Shown in pieces: positions 25,560 to 39,748 of a stretch of 64,000 nucleotides of DNA. The stretch is from contig JAQGDQ010000197.1 of assembly GCA_030141605.1 (NCBI GenBank), forward strand, positions 248,001-312,000, in the 5' to 3' direction. The DNA is from Tubiluchus corallicola. Taxonomy: Eukaryota > Animalia > Priapulida. The notes below the pieces were generated by a model, which saw nothing but the letters and a program-made list of their open reading frames with translations, searched no databases and was not told the origin of the DNA. How positions within the stretch are numbered: position 1 is the stretch's first letter; the number at the start of each line of letters is the position of its first letter. Both the position numbers and the translations under genes were made by a program.

Positions 25560-26792
25560 CAGGGCCGGTTCCACCATTAGGCAAGCTAGGCAGTTGCCTG
25601 GGCGTCAATTTAATTCCTTAATGTTAAGCTTAGTATAAGTCACAGAATAGTGTATGTGTAATTGACGTCAAACATATTGGTCTATCGCTCCGCCCCGCTG
25701 CAACGTAAGCACGCTCAGCAGCATTCGGAGCAACAGCTCGCGCAAGACAACAAATGTCTAAGCTAAACTAAACTAAACTAAACAACATGATAGTCACAAC
25801 TAATGTCTAATCAGCTGATAAACTAATTGCTCTTTTTCATAAACACAAATTTACAGAGCAGCAGCTATTTTAACATGACCCTTATATTGAATGCCCGACT
25901 CACATAAGTCCCAATGGTATCTTTTAACCTTGATTATAACCAGAAAAATAGCGTAAAATTAGCTAATATTACATTGATGTATATTATAAGTTTCGACCAC
26001 ATTTGAATTAATTTTGACTGTGAAAGTCTCATTGAGGTTTATAAAAACTGGCCAGAAAAGAAAACATTTTGTTTTGCCCTTATTTATAGTTAATCAAATA
26101 GCTGTTTTTATCTAACTTGCAAAGCCATAAGCTAAACTAAACTGCGTATTTTCCTGATTGCAAAATGGTTTAGCCAGCAACTCATAGACGTAAGCGTTGT
26201 GCATTTCTTCCTATAAACGATTTTTCCTATATATTTCCACTAATTCACTTGAAATTTCAATTGAAAATAATAAAATCTAGAACCAGGCTAATATTTCTCC
26301 CGCTAACTAATGAAAACGTGAGCATTTTTCGATAACAGTGTTAGACGGAGCTGTAGCTAAATGTCCCGAACGTACCTGCTGCAGGGGTGTGTGAAATAAC
26401 TTGCACGCTGATTGGGCAGTTAACGAAAATGATTGACATTATGTTTGACGTCAATTCCTTAAGTGCACAACACTGTATTGGACCGTAAGTGTTGTCCTTG
26501 CAGTCAACTGTTTTTGTCCGCAGTTTTTATATAAATCCTTCAAGAATGACCATTCCATTAATAAAAAATTTCTTACAATAGCATTTTTTATCTAACTGTA
26601 CTTAATTAGTACACTATAATACATGCAAAAGCCTTAAAACACAAATACCATTATATTTTATTATAATATTGTACGACAAAAATTCAATATGGGAGTGTGG
26701 GCGGGGACGGTGGGGAAAAGGAGTTGACCGTTGAGGAGGAGGCGCCAATAATGCTTTTGCCTAGGGCGTCAAACTACTTAAAGCCGGCCCTC
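25560..26792. mobile_element. hAT (Tip100/MER45-like termini) non-autonomous element
   Basis: Ends cagggccgg / ccggccctc; shared subterminal ttgcct(a)gggcgtcaa motif; decayed 8-bp TSD tctaacac / cctaacgt. Confidence 0.78.
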
Positions 26793-27899
26793 CCTAACGT
26801 AGTTTATTATCATAACAGATTTTTTTTTATATTCTGTCCAGTATTGTGAAGATCAACTGTAAATAGGATGCAAAGATTTGCATTTAAATATGACCAAAAT
26901 ACCGTAATTTCAAGGTGCTTATGTATCATGTCCATATGACGAGTGCAATTAGCAAGACCAGTGTACGCTTTTTCATCAGCTTATTGTGTGTGTGAACAAC
27001 TGCAGGCCGCGCCTTGGATTTAAAATTCATTTTAAAGAATGAAAATGTGAACATTTGTGAATCAGTCTAGATTTTAATAGAGATCGTTGGGATATGAAGT
27101 CAAGGTAAGGCTAAGCTACCATGATGGCACAGTAACCACCGTCCTAAGCTTTTTATCCTTTTTATGCAAGAATACCATTACTGTTACCCATTTCGTAAAT
27201 TACAATAGAAAGCTTTCTTGTAATTGCCCTAGGACTGCTGTCACCATTGATAAAAATGCCTCTAGAGGAGATTATAAATGAACAGGTACTTATTCAATTT
27301 AAAGGGTGGACCATGTTGGGTATTAGATGACCTGCGTAGCATTGATTGCTTACGAATCATTTGGTACCCAAATGAGGGTTGCTGCAGAAAGCAATAATAA
27401 AAAGGTGTCGAGCTTATGTTATCAGTAAAACAGCGAAAGGTGGTTAGGTTCTAGTCTTCAATAAAATAGTTTTTCATAACAAGTTTTCACTTGCAATGAA
27501 ATTGAGAAGAGCAGCGCGCGATTGAACAAATGTTACCATGACTACTGCGTCAGCTTGTTTTCTCTGGGAATGACTGATTAAGATGGCGATAGATAAAGTC
27601 AGGGTTTCTTTGACGTCTCTCCCAATCTAAATCTTCTGGTCGTCTTGAAAATATCTTGTTTCAATAGCCAACGTTGACCAAAGCCTTAAACAATCGCAAA
27701 CTAGTTTTGACAAAGATCATCCATTAAAAGCAATGAAAAACTGTTTCAGCTGAGTTAAACTTAGGCAGTTGTGTGTTACCATTATACAGGATAACATCCA
27801 TGAGTAACGTACAACTAGTTTCGCTTAACTATTGTAGTACTTTTTTCAATCGTTGCTCGCGCTTGAGTTTATGTTACAGGTGTGGAATTGTTTGTTATT

Positions 27900-30080
27900 T
27901 TTTATCATTTAGTGGGCACAAAAATAAATGTATACATTTTATATATGAGTAAATGTAAACAGAAAACTTATATAGCCATAATCAATACGAAGGCTGGTGC
28001 CTACCATTGTGTGCTATGGATGATAGCAAGATCCTTGAACATTGCCTGCCATTCATCCAGTAATAGCCACATGGAAGTAAAATAAAAGTTACTTCGTAGT
28101 AAAAATTACACAAAATATATATAAAAAATTATCTACAAATAGGATTAAACACCGAAAATACCAAAAAAATAAAGTATATACGCGACCAAAGGATTAAAAT
28201 GCGTGCTCTTGAATAGTAAAGCTGATGAAAGACAGCCTGTTTGAAAGAAGATAATGATGCCATTAAAATTACCTCTGCAAGTAATTCGTTACACAAGCGG
28301 GGAAATCTGTTATAAAATGGGGCACGCAGACAGGTGGTTCTATTTCTGTTTAAAAGCATTCAACCACACACATGGCTTGATCTTGAAAATGTCCATTGGC
28401 TATCTAATTGGTGACGGAAGAAACCGTGTCTTATATCCAAATACATCTTATAATCTGCACTTGAGACTCATAATTTTGAGAGTTTGCAGGCGATTATTGT
28501 AATATATATAATCAAGCATGGACCTACGATCAAGGAGGTTCACATAGCGTGTTGCCTTTTGTTACACAAATCCTAATTTATGAATACCACAGACTGTGTG
28601 GGGGGACCAAACAATGGCCCTGTACTCCAGAATTGGCCGGACCAGTGAATTCTACAATAGTCTGAAGTTTGCAGAATTGGAACCCCGACATATTCTAAAA
28701 ACAACTCCAAGCAAGCATCTTGCTTGACTGCATACTTTGAATATCTGGAAGTTCCAGGTCAGGTTGTTTGACAGATCTACTTAAGGATGTTTATGAGTCT
28801 ACACTTCCTTGATAACTTCACCATTGATAGTGTAGTTAATGGCATCAGGACGAGAGCTTCTAGTAATTATCGTGAGCTTGGTTTTTGAAACATTAAGAGC
28901 TAGCTTGATTGCCCTACAGCAGTCGTTAACATTGAGATGATCTGGCTGTATAGAACATTCATCCTCAGAGCTACTAATAACCTTATATAGAACTGTGTCA
29001 TCAGCATATCAGTATAAATGGTTTTTGCTAGAAATAACTTCTGACAAGTTGTTAGTATGCAAAACAAACAAAAATGGGCCAAGAAGAGACCCTTGGGGAA
29101 CACCAGAAGTAACGGTACCCAGTTAAACTTACAGCCTTGATAAACAAGTCGCTGATGTCTATTATATAGAAAGCTCGAATTGCATTTGTGAACGTTACCA
29201 CAAATGCCAACAGATCTTAATGTATCGAGCATTTTTTGTGCAAGATCTGTCGAACGCCCTTATGAAATCCAGAAAGTTGGCGTCAACACGAGGTGGACTA
29301 ACAACATTTAGGGACCTGCACCAGTGGTCGTACAATAAGGAAACATCATAACAAATATACCACTACGTATAATGTAATAATGAATTCAAGTTAGAGAGGT
29401 CAGCATTTTTATAAAAATGTAAACTAGTTCGTAAATTGACTTTCTCTACTTACTGCCAAAATTTTCAAGTACATTTCTATAGCATAATGATTACAGGTTA
29501 TGTTTATATTGCCTACAATGTTCAACAATAATAATGCCACTAACACAAAAGAGGTCCATTGTACTAGATCTTGTTCCTGGTGTGCAGTACTGAGGTGTAG
29601 GATACGTAGGCTCAGTCACTAGCTGAGTGAGATTCAAGTCATCAGTGATATTTTCGTCTACTGCGTTGCTTGGAATGCATGTAAATGAAGTCCAGTCCGC
29701 GTGTGTATTGAAGTCTTCCATTAGTACTATACGTTTGTACTCACCCTTACATACTTGAACCTGCTCGAGTGATTATTCCAGCTTTGACAAATAGGCTAAC
29801 TGAGATTATATATCTCCACAAGATGGCCTGAAAAATACACCAACAAACAATTTTACTAGAACACTCAACCCATAGAATTTTGCATTCAGGTTCCAAACTT
29901 TGATTTCGCTGGGGGTAGCAAGTCTCCGTGCACAGCTAATAAAACGCCCCCATGGGAGTCTGAGCGGCCCTTTCTAATAATTACGTACGGCTCGCCTAGT
30001 ATTTCTCCATCGTAGATTGAGTCACTGAGCCACGTCTCACACATGTCAACGATGGGAAATTGCTGTGTGAAGATGCGGGT
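27900..30080 (-). mobile_element. CR1/L2-type LINE, heavily decayed and internally deleted (endonuclease and RT remnants)
   Basis: Endonuclease motifs ETWL, SHGGVL, GVFFRP, EDFN and LTQLVTEPT at 29.5-30.1 kb; RT motifs GVPQGSLLGPFLF and ADDT at 29.0-29.1 kb; C-terminal FYNRFPRLCNEL..SLSSFK. Confidence 0.85.
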
Positions 30081-33000
30081 TATAAGCTTCTGATGTTAAG
30101 AGATAGAAATAATATTTTTCTTGAAGGATAGGAAAATCTGTGCATGGCTACATGCAGATCATTGCAGAACAAATTATGTAAAATGTGTAGAGATAGGGTG
30201 GGGAAAGACCAGGAGTTCATGGAGTCAGCCACCCCTATATAACTTAAGACGCGTGTAAAGGACTGCAGAATACATGGTTAGAAAGTCCAGAATGAACAAA
30301 GTCCAGGTGGAAGTTGAAAAAGGTTGGCATTGCTGGTGTTCAAATTTTCAGAAAGGCTCCCGTAGTAGCTCAAATTGGGTAAGCCAGTCCTTTGCGACTG
30401 GCTAACAAACAAGCCTACCGTCAGCATCGAATCCAAGGAATAATTTGCCATGTTTATTAACACGAACAAAATGGGCAGCAAGACGAGTCGTTTTAAATCT
30501 TGTTTAAGCGTACAGGAATACCTGCTTGATAGGCAAGTGGAGATTGTGCGCCCTCGCTGCCAACTAGGTTAATTGTACGTGTTATAGGCTTTAAATATAG
30601 TGAAGATTTGACTGTTGTACAACGCACTCAACGTGATTTAGAAGATAAACGCTTTTGCAAATATACACACTCCATTAACTGTATTGTGCTTCTCATTCGT
30701 AGAGCAGGTTCTGGGTACTATTTCCCGCCAAAATTGCTTTAAATTATTTATTTGCAAAATGTTTATTATAGAATTATACCGTTCACAAAGATCAGGTCAC
30801 AATTTTATGGTAATCACCGCAAAGATCGACGCTAGGCGAACTTGGAGATATTAATCACAATGCAACCACAACTGAGGAAATCAGACGTTTAACGGGAGAA
30901 AACGTGACAACAAAACTAACTATTGTGGCACTTTCCTTAAGCTATTTTATGCCGCGTAGCCTTTCACGTTACATCCTCCCACCCCATACAACATCTTACT
31001 GCCCCTCTCACACCCGACACCCTACTTCCTCTTTCGTATTTTCAACACCTTACACTATAGCCACCAGCACGTCAACCCATGGCAAGCATACCAACCTGCC
31101 AGGCCGCCAAAAGTGCCAAACTTTTAATATGGTGGCTATATACCTGTATGGGACTGATAGGTAGGTTAATATTATATGACTGAGTACTAGATGATATAAG
31201 TGACGAGCATTTCCAAATTTTATCCTTTATTACATAGGAAAGCCTGGCATCCTGTATATAATATTCCACAATTTCGAACCTGCCTAGTTAAAAACGTAAC
31301 CAGGATAATATTTCAACTAACTGCTTGTCTGTTTTTAACTTGTGCTTAAAGGTTATTACTGTGTGACATAACTATAGCTCATTAATTGCACTTGAATGCT
31401 GCAAGTAAAATGTCAGGCAAATGCAATAAATTGCTGCTGAGTCGTTACTAACTCAAGTCGATTAATAATGGTAAAACTTTTGCTGAATTTACTGCGTATT
31501 CACGCTATACGCTGCAATAATATGTTCGATATTTAAGCACTTTGATTAAGCTGTGAGAAGCAGATTATTGACGATGACAAAACTGATCCTCTGAAGATTT
31601 AATCCCGTGGATGTCAGAAGACCTAGCCTTCAGAAACAGCGCCAACGTGGATAAAAGCCGAGACTCAAGCTAACTAGGTTACGAGGAGCATAAGCTGGGA
31701 AATTGCAAAAATAAAACAAACTGTCAAAAAGTAGGAGAGCTCAGAATTTTTTTTATCTTTATTCAATTCACAATTGTTCGTTTAAAAAAACTTCTGTAAT
31801 GTTACTTTTGCCGGCTAATTTAGTGACGCTTGCTCGTTTTCTATGCACGATTTTAATCAATAATGTTTTATTACAATTTTTCCGTGAAGTACATGAGTTT
31901 AAAACTACAAACAATAAAATTAAATTAATTCGATGAGTTTTATGAATATGCAAGCAGCTGACTAACAAACCACTGGCATAGCAGTGTCCAGTTTTTTGCT
32001 TAATTGACGGCTGTGTCTACTGCCTTGCGGTGCCCAATGTATACAATAGACATAATGAGCGTTTGATAATTTGATGACAGCTGGAAATGGTAATGTAAAT
32101 GGTGCGACCATGGCCCTTATATAACAGTGTCTGGTTTTTTGCTGGATTAACTGCTGTGTGTGAGCAGAATTCTTTTATTTTAGAATTCCGCCTACTCATT
32201 GTCTGTTATAGACGTAATATGCGTTTGATGATGATAACGGCGAGTTTACTGTTACACAAGTGTCTCTGGTCAAAGCATATATCAGGTTTGTTTACTGATC
32301 TTGAAAGGTCTTTTTACATACGTTAGACATTTGGTTATTCAGTGTGTACAACAGACACAAGGGCTATTCCGTAAGCAGTTAGAATAAGATAGATGAAACG
32401 GGCAGTAGGTAGATGGATAACAAATTAATTGCAAGGCAGACATTAGCCTGATAAACGTGTGTTTTTCAGTGTGACAGTTTTCTTCACAAAGAAAAGGTGG
32501 TCAATTTTCGGAAGCGTTATGATTTATTTTGCATGATTTAGTTTTGGTGTAATATGAACAAGATTTGTGTGCATCTTCAAATTCACCTAAAAACATTCGC
32601 AAGAGTCAGCAATCTTTTTCTCTTTTTTACTGTTCGTTTTCTTTTGTTTAATATCAAACGTTCTTTATTACCAGCAGTCATTATAAAGATCATTACTTTC
32701 GTGACGCTAATTGATGGAAACTCTACGCCATCTGATTAAAACACGATTGCACGACTGATAATTCCTGCAAAACATTACTTGTCGACATGGATTTTAGAAT
32801 GGTAACATTTGACAATGTTCCTTGATTGATTCAATTAGACAGTTATAACGTGTTTGAATTAACTTCCATTTTCGCTCAATTTTTAACCAGAACAAAAATG
32901 GCCACCGAGGAATTGCATTAAAATTGCGATAATACAGCCAAGGTGAGGCCTTTTGGGTGTTCTTTTAAATAAAATGGCTACTAGCTGCACCTCGTTGAAA

Positions 33001-33305
33001 GACGTAGTCAGCAATAGGACTATTGCTTTTTGGAAAATACAAAAATTACGGACTGGCAGAGAATAACTGCGTTCGCGACTGGTTTTTAGCCGAGATACAA
33101 TTATCATTTTTCCCAAGCCATCGCCTGTTGGAAGCCAAATGTGCGGGAAAATACAACCGATTTGGCGTTATTGTTGCCATTGAATAAGTGCCGTTTGTCT
33201 AAAAGGAATTGAATTCGACGTTAATGTTTAGAAAATCTCATAAAAGCTGGGAGTTTACGCAAACCGTCGGTTTCTCTGTTCTTTCGAGATACGCAAATGA
33301 GAAAA

Positions 33306-33374
33306 ATGGCTGCTGTGCTGCTGAAGATATTCAACGTGGACGAGCAAAATAGAAGAGCAGAAATCATTCCGAAG
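33306..33374 (+). other. Candidate first coding exon (MAAVLLKIFNVDEQNRRAEIIPK), unverified
   Basis: aaaATGG start context, 23 codons ending at a perfect AAG|GTAAGT donor, inside a CpG-retaining non-repeat segment; no partner exon or homologue recognised. Confidence 0.3.
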
Positions 33375-33650
33375 GTAAGTCTGTATAAATTTTATTTATC
33401 ACCAAGATTTAGCATGTACGAATGTATTCGTAGACACAATGCATCTCCAGTTTATAACTTCATAAAATTGTCATCGCAATGATAGTTGTTTTCGTAATTC
33501 GGACATGTTTTGCTGTTAAGAGTGGAAACTGGGCGATTTCAACAATTGATTTCAATAACGTGCAAAGATTTTTTTGTTGTGCCTAATTAACACAGTAATT
33601 TAAATAACATAAAACTACGCATTTATGGTTATTGCCCTGTTTTGCCTTAT

Positions 33651-34460
33651 TTTAAGTAAAAAGCCAAGGCTCTTGGGAAGTTGACCTTATTTTAATGTTT
33701 GGGGAAAATGTTAAAGCGTTTCAGCAATAAATTTGTGATAAACGCTTATAATTACTAGACCTGATTTAAAGTTACGATTACTTCACGCGTGAGCGGGCTC
33801 ATTTTTAACGAAAATGACATCATCATACGGTTGCCTTGCAGCATAAACGCTTATCCCACCAGATGCTTGAATAAAACTTTTTGCAGCAGCAGACACAGTT
33901 ATCAACTACAGACAATCCAAGATTTAAACGAGAGATTATTAATACCATTTTTTTCTTTTTGATGAATCCGGTTGCCCACTATTTAGCGAGAGCCAGTTAC
34001 CGATGGTAATGTTATAATCATCAACCCGGCTAGTCAGTGCCGACAAAGTAACAGAATAATTATTTTAACAAGCTAAAACTGAATTCTGTAAGCTAAGTAA
34101 AGCCCCGGATATTTTCTGTGAGCTGTCTGCTTCGCAGACTTCCATGCTTATGTGTAATTATTGTGTATACTACTTACGCATTTTGAGGTATAATCCTGCG
34201 GACTAAAACTATGTAGGCGCTTTGAAGTTGTTGCTAATTGATCCGGTGACTAATTTTTACATAAACGCAGTTAAACCCAAAGTTTTAGTCAACCAGAATA
34301 GCGAGATTTCTGAGTAAACTGCTTGCCTTCGTGCTGCACACCAGGTTACGCCATTTTTTCAAATACGCCCGCAGTGAGATTCGTTTTGATGAAGATAACA
34401 ATGATTTAAATTTCATTTGTATTTTTAAGCAAGGCATTTTATGTTCGTATATTACGTGTT
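33651..34460 (+). mobile_element. Kolobok/T2-like MITE, copy E (long subtype, decayed)
   Basis: Left end aaaagccaag..tc.tgggaagttg and the body align with 45403-46447 (e.g. ctgaa.tct.taagctaagtaaa, gctaattgatccg). Confidence 0.75.
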
Positions 34461-35049
34461 TATTTCAATGTTTTAAGTGTATGCTAAGTAGTTCGAGAGT
34501 AGGTAGTGTCTATGTATGACATGCGTGTCTTCAGTTTTCAATTTGAACTGCATTTTTAACAGAATGTAATTTCAGAATACTTTTTCATTTTGGTACGGTT
34601 AGTGAATCAGCTCAACTCAGTACAGTTCTATACTGTCATAAAACGTTTTTGGCAATTTAGCACTTTTGATATTGTAGCTGTTTTGCAGTGTAGCAGTTTA
34701 GCCACTTTTGTTGCAGCATGGTAGTTTTACAACATGGCAGTGTTGTAGTTGTGCTGTACAGATTTACAGTTTGGTGCTTAGTAATATGGTGTAAAAGAAA
34801 AGTTGTTAGTACTTGTATTAACCTTCATCATACCAGCGTTGGTTGATAAAAATTTACAATTTTCACCAGTTTAGATCTCCAATACTTGGCTGAAGACTGG
34901 TGCTTGTCAGGCTGGCTTCGTTGATAACAGAAAACGTATAAACGTCATCAGTAGATGTCGCTAGCATGCAATTTACTGTTTTGTTTACAGTAGTAAAACT
35001 TTGCGAAAATGTAAACGGGAGAACAACACATAATTTGTTATATCACTTC

Positions 35050-37500
35050 TTAGTAGTAGTAGTAGTAAAATCTTTATTTGCCATTTTAAAAACATTGACC
35101 ATCATATTAACAGACAGACAATCAGTGTTAGTTCATATTAAAAACACACTGTTCTGGGCAAATGCGTCTGGTGCAAGTTAAACTATAAGTGCAACTAGAA
35201 ATTCAAAAATAAAATATAAACTAGTTTAGTAAGGTCTAGGAAAAATTGAAATTATGATTTGAGTAAGTATCATCGTGTTCGTATGTCGGATATTCAAAAC
35301 GAGTCATTAAATGTTTTTTTTTAATTTAGACTTGAATATTGATAAAGAGCTGCTGTGTTTTAGTGAGTGATGTCGGTAATGAATTCCAAAGTTGTACTGC
35401 TTGCTTAGTAATGGAATTCTTTCCATATTGATTGTTCGTTCTAATGTTTCTTAAATTTAGTGTTCTGTTATTCATACTGGGGTTTTTAAGAAGTGGGAGC
35501 TTATTGTTTTTGAAAGGAGAATTAATATTGTTGATATATTTATAGAGAAACAGGAGAGTTTGATAATCTCCGTGGGCTTCTAATATCGGGATTTTCATGG
35601 AGTTTCTTAAAGAGGTGGCTGAATATTTACTTGTATTGTGAGATGATTTCAAAGAATGGCCAATATCTAATCGTAAAGCACATTTTTCAAGTACATTTAA
35701 TTTGATGTATGACTTTCTTTTCACTTTTTGGTACAGTATGCGGGCATATAAATAATGGGGCAAAATTAAAGTTTTGTAAATTAGAATTTTTGTTTGTTTT
35801 GATAGCTGTCCTCTGATTTGTCGAAGCTACGAAGTACTTAATGCCATTTTTTACAAATGTTGATGAACTGCTCTTCCCATGTAAGCATGTTGTCCAACTT
35901 AACACCTAAGAAATTAAAAACTTTTGACTGCACGATAACATCATTTTCTATTTGCAAGGATATAGCAGCTGTATTTTCAGTATTGTTCATTGTTCGGGAT
36001 AATACCATAAATTCTGTTTTGTCACTATTCATTTTTAGCTTATAATAATTAAATGCCATGTTGATATTCTTTATGTCTTTTTCTAAGTACTGTTTTGCAA
36101 TGCTGATATGCTCGTGAGCCAGATAAATAGTCGTGTCGTCTGCATATTGCGCAATACTTGAATGTTGTAGAACGTTAGAAATATTGTTGATGTAAAGGTT
36201 AAACAGTAGAGGTCCCAACAGTGTGCCCTGTGGGATACCTCGTTGAAGGTTAGCCCAATCTGAGAATGTCGTAGAGTTTATTTTAACCCGCTGCTTTCTA
36301 TTTTGTAGGTAATCATTAATTAATTTTAATGCTGATTGTTCAAATCCAAGTTCTTTCAAATGATCTAATGTAGTGTGTGATTTAAACTGTCGAAAGCTTT
36401 ACTTAAATCTAGAAAAACTGCTGCCACATATTTGTTTTTATCAAGATTATCTCGCCAGTTTTCAGTTACGTTTATTATAGCATCGACAGTTGAATGTTTT
36501 TTTCTAAATCCGAATTGATGTTTCGATAAGAGTTCATTTTGATTGACATATGTAATAATTTGATCATAGATTACTCTTTCCCGAATTTTACTCATACAAT
36601 GAACTATTAATACTGGTCTGTAATTTATTGGTTCATCTTTAGCATCTTCATCTCTAGCATTCTTTTTGTGGATTGGTGTAATATTAGCTGTTTTGCATTG
36701 ATCAGGAAATTTGCCACGCATTATTATTTGGTTAGTGATATAGGTTATATGTGGAGCAATTAAATGCATACTGTCCTTTAGAATTTTTATTGGTATGTCA
36801 GATGTGCCACTACCTTGGCATCTAAATTATTTATTATTTTTAAAATATCAGCAAAACTAACACTGGAAAATGAAAATTGGTTATTTGCAGGTCCTACAGT
36901 TTTTAGTTTGTCCTTTATGGTATCAGTATAATCATTCTGCAAATTAAAGTTTCCGAGGTTAACAAACGTCTCATTTAACAAATTTGCAATATCTTTGGGT
37001 TTCGTTATTGTGGTATTGTCGATTTTAAGTTCATTTACCCTATTTTGTTTATTTTTATGTTTATTTATAACATTGTTGATCACTGTCCATTTTTGTTTTG
37101 TAGTGGAGGCACTACTGCATTGTTCTTGAATATATCTATTTTTTAGAATTTTATTAAGATTGTTGAATTTGTTTCTAGCTTTCTTGTGCTTTGTGTGGTC
37201 ATTTTTAGATTTAGTGTTAAGCCACATGTTATATAAGTTATTTTTATTATTTCTTAAATCATTAAGTTCAACATTTGTCCAATTACTTTCACAATTAAGC
37301 TCTAATTTGACGTTCAATTCTTTAACTTTTTTGAAAGGTGCATGAAGATCTAAGCAGTATTGGATATTGTTTATTAAAATGTCTACTTGAGTTTATATTT
37401 GTTGTAAGATATATCTCGCTCCAGTTCATTTTAGCTAAGTCATTTAAAAGGTATGTCTCACGATAGTGTGTGAAATCTCTGAAATTTCTAAAATCTGTGT
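35050..37500 (-). mobile_element. 5'-truncated CR1/L2-type LINE with RT domain, several frameshifts and stops
   Basis: ORFs 36365-36769 (PIHK, NYRP, QFGFR, FLDLSKAFD) and 35838-36359 (GIPQGTLLGPLLF, YADDT, FLGV); C-terminal LWNSLP; 3' end AATAAA plus a (TAC)n tail at 35050-35080. Confidence 0.95.
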
Positions 37501-39178
37501 CCAACTGTCTAATGCCTATGGTGCATCGAAGCATCCAGCGCCCTCTGTCAAAATCTTTGATTTGATCACAGACGTTCTCTTTCTCGCTTCCTTACGTGTG
37601 ACTATGCATTTTAGAGGCTAACTTCTATCATATTAATAATTTCAAACTCTTAACTACACGAATGCAAACAATTCAATCAGTTTTACTGCGGGGGACAAAG
37701 ATTTGAACAAACAATAAAAGTGCAAGTGAACATTAAAATTTCTTTCGTAACTCTACCTCTTTCTAAACGCAAAAATTTTGTTATTTGTAAAACCCAGTCA
37801 GAAAACTGGCCGTTATGAAGTGATATAAAATTTTATTCGGGTAATAAATGTCCTATAAACGTTCTTTACTCTCTTCAAACGTGCTCTGACTGAAAAGCTA
37901 TCTAATGAAATGGGACTGGAAACATGGTGCGCGCCATCGTTTTACTTTTGCCCGCAAAAGCAATAACTCTGTCTACTCCATCGTGCGACAAAGTAATTGG
38001 TAGTTTTGAAAAGAAGATTTAACAAGCAGACATGCAACACGTTTCACCATGACATGGAATTAGATGACGGTAAGGTAGCCACGAATAGCTTGTGGTTGTC
38101 TGTGTGTATTTGTTTAAATTTATATGTTATTTATATGTTAAATTTAAATTAAATTTTATATGTTCTAACAATTCCGGTGTAACTGGAGTAAGTTTCATAA
38201 ATTGGCAAAAGATGCCGCCACTCAATATAATTATCAACCCCGCAGCATGATTACACTACAAAACATCATAGTACAAAAACAGTATTATTAAAAAGCAGTA
38301 CTAATAAAAATACAGTAAAATACAGTTTATAAATACAGTAGAAGCGGAATTTCAGAACAAGTAGTCGTATTTCTACTCTATTTACGTTTTTCGGATGTGT
38401 ATGTAAAATTATTACACATGCCATATACCAGTAAGCTTGTACTGTCGCTTTATTGGAAAAACTGCAGTGTATTAAATGTGCTGAACCGCAATTTCATCTT
38501 GCTCATCAAGGCTCAAGTCAAGAGAAATTTTCTAGTATTCAGCTTGACAAATATTGTCTGAACATAAAATTTTTATCGTCGGTAATCAGTGTTTGTGCGA
38601 AGCCCTCAATCTTGCAAGCAAAAGTTCTGCTGACGACGGAGTGCTGCATGCGTCATCATTTAATTCGCATTTTTATCAGTTCCACAATCATTTTTCACCA
38701 TTAAGGCTGGCAAAGTCGTGAATGCAGCAATTAGCATAGATGGAATTCGAAATGCACTGCCAGGCCTCAACATTTACCAAAGCAAATTATTTAAATTAAC
38801 TTTAGTAGTGCTGAAGCACTGAAGGATTTGTATAAAATCAACGCTCTTATAGAGATGTCACTGCTAACATGATGTGATAAATTGGGAGGGGGTAATGTAA
38901 TTCTAGCTCAAATGTAAACATAGTTTGGAGGCTCTTTCGTTTAGTATTTACCTAGTTCGAGCTTTTTGGCGATACAAACCCGTAATGGAATAGGCTTGAC
39001 AGTTACCGTACACTTGTATTCAACTACTATGAAATAATAACATACAATACTAACAATACTCTAAAGTTGCTAACATAATTAACAATCAAATTGTGTAAAC
39101 ATTAAATTCTATAGATTCTTCCTATTTCGAAAATATTTACTTATTAAATTACAAACAATTAATAACATTTCTTGGTTG

Positions 39179-39253
39179 TTTCCTGCCAAAAATAAATATT
39201 TATCATCATTGCTCATACTTGTAAATATTTATTTTTGGCAGCCTGGCAGGAAA
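39179..39253. repeat. Perfect 20-bp-arm hairpin with an extra short inverted arm
   Basis: ctgccaaaaataaatattta (39183-39202) vs taaatatttatttttggcag (39222-39241); tttcctgcca vs tggcaggaaa (39244-39253). Confidence 0.88.
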
Positions 39254-39704
39254 TGACTACGATTATTAAAAAAAAGGGATATTTATAATTTAGAAACCAC
39301 ATAGCTTAGAAATTATAGCAAAATTAAAATACAACAAAGCCTAAAAAGAGAACTTAGGATGTGATTTAAAAACACAAAGCTGCTTCCCTACTTAAACTGT
39401 ATTTAGCAAAAGGTAGACGTGGACGATTTAAAATCATTCAAGTTTATCTACATAATTCACTTCTTTGAGCGATACTGTAATATCGGTTTCATATTTGACC
39501 AAGTTAACGTTTACTAAAATATTGTGATGAATTTTCCAATATACCTTCGTGTGTTAAATATTGCCATCAAAGCTGAACAGTTTTTCGTTTCCACGAAATT
39601 TATTTTAATATTCGTGTTTCACTCGAATTTATTGCACAGCATTTAACAAATAACATTACTTTTGTGTTATATAACTTTACAGGACGTCGTTCTGACTACG
39701 TTTT

Positions 39705-39748
39705 GCTGCCACTACCACTACCACTACTACTGCCACTACCACTACCAC
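39705..39748. repeat. (CCACTA)n-like microsatellite
   Basis: Short hexamer/trimer tract. Confidence 0.85.

Noticed and set aside
30278-30560. Possible ORF1 or 5' UTR of the 27.9-30.1 kb LINE
   Set aside because: Position fits, but no ORF1 or ribozyme motif can be recognised by eye.
35326-37534. Reverse-transcriptase ORFs as an active or novel RT system (retron, DGR, group II intron)
   Set aside because: Motifs, 5' truncation, frameshifts and the 3' microsatellite tail identify an ordinary dead CR1/L2-type LINE.
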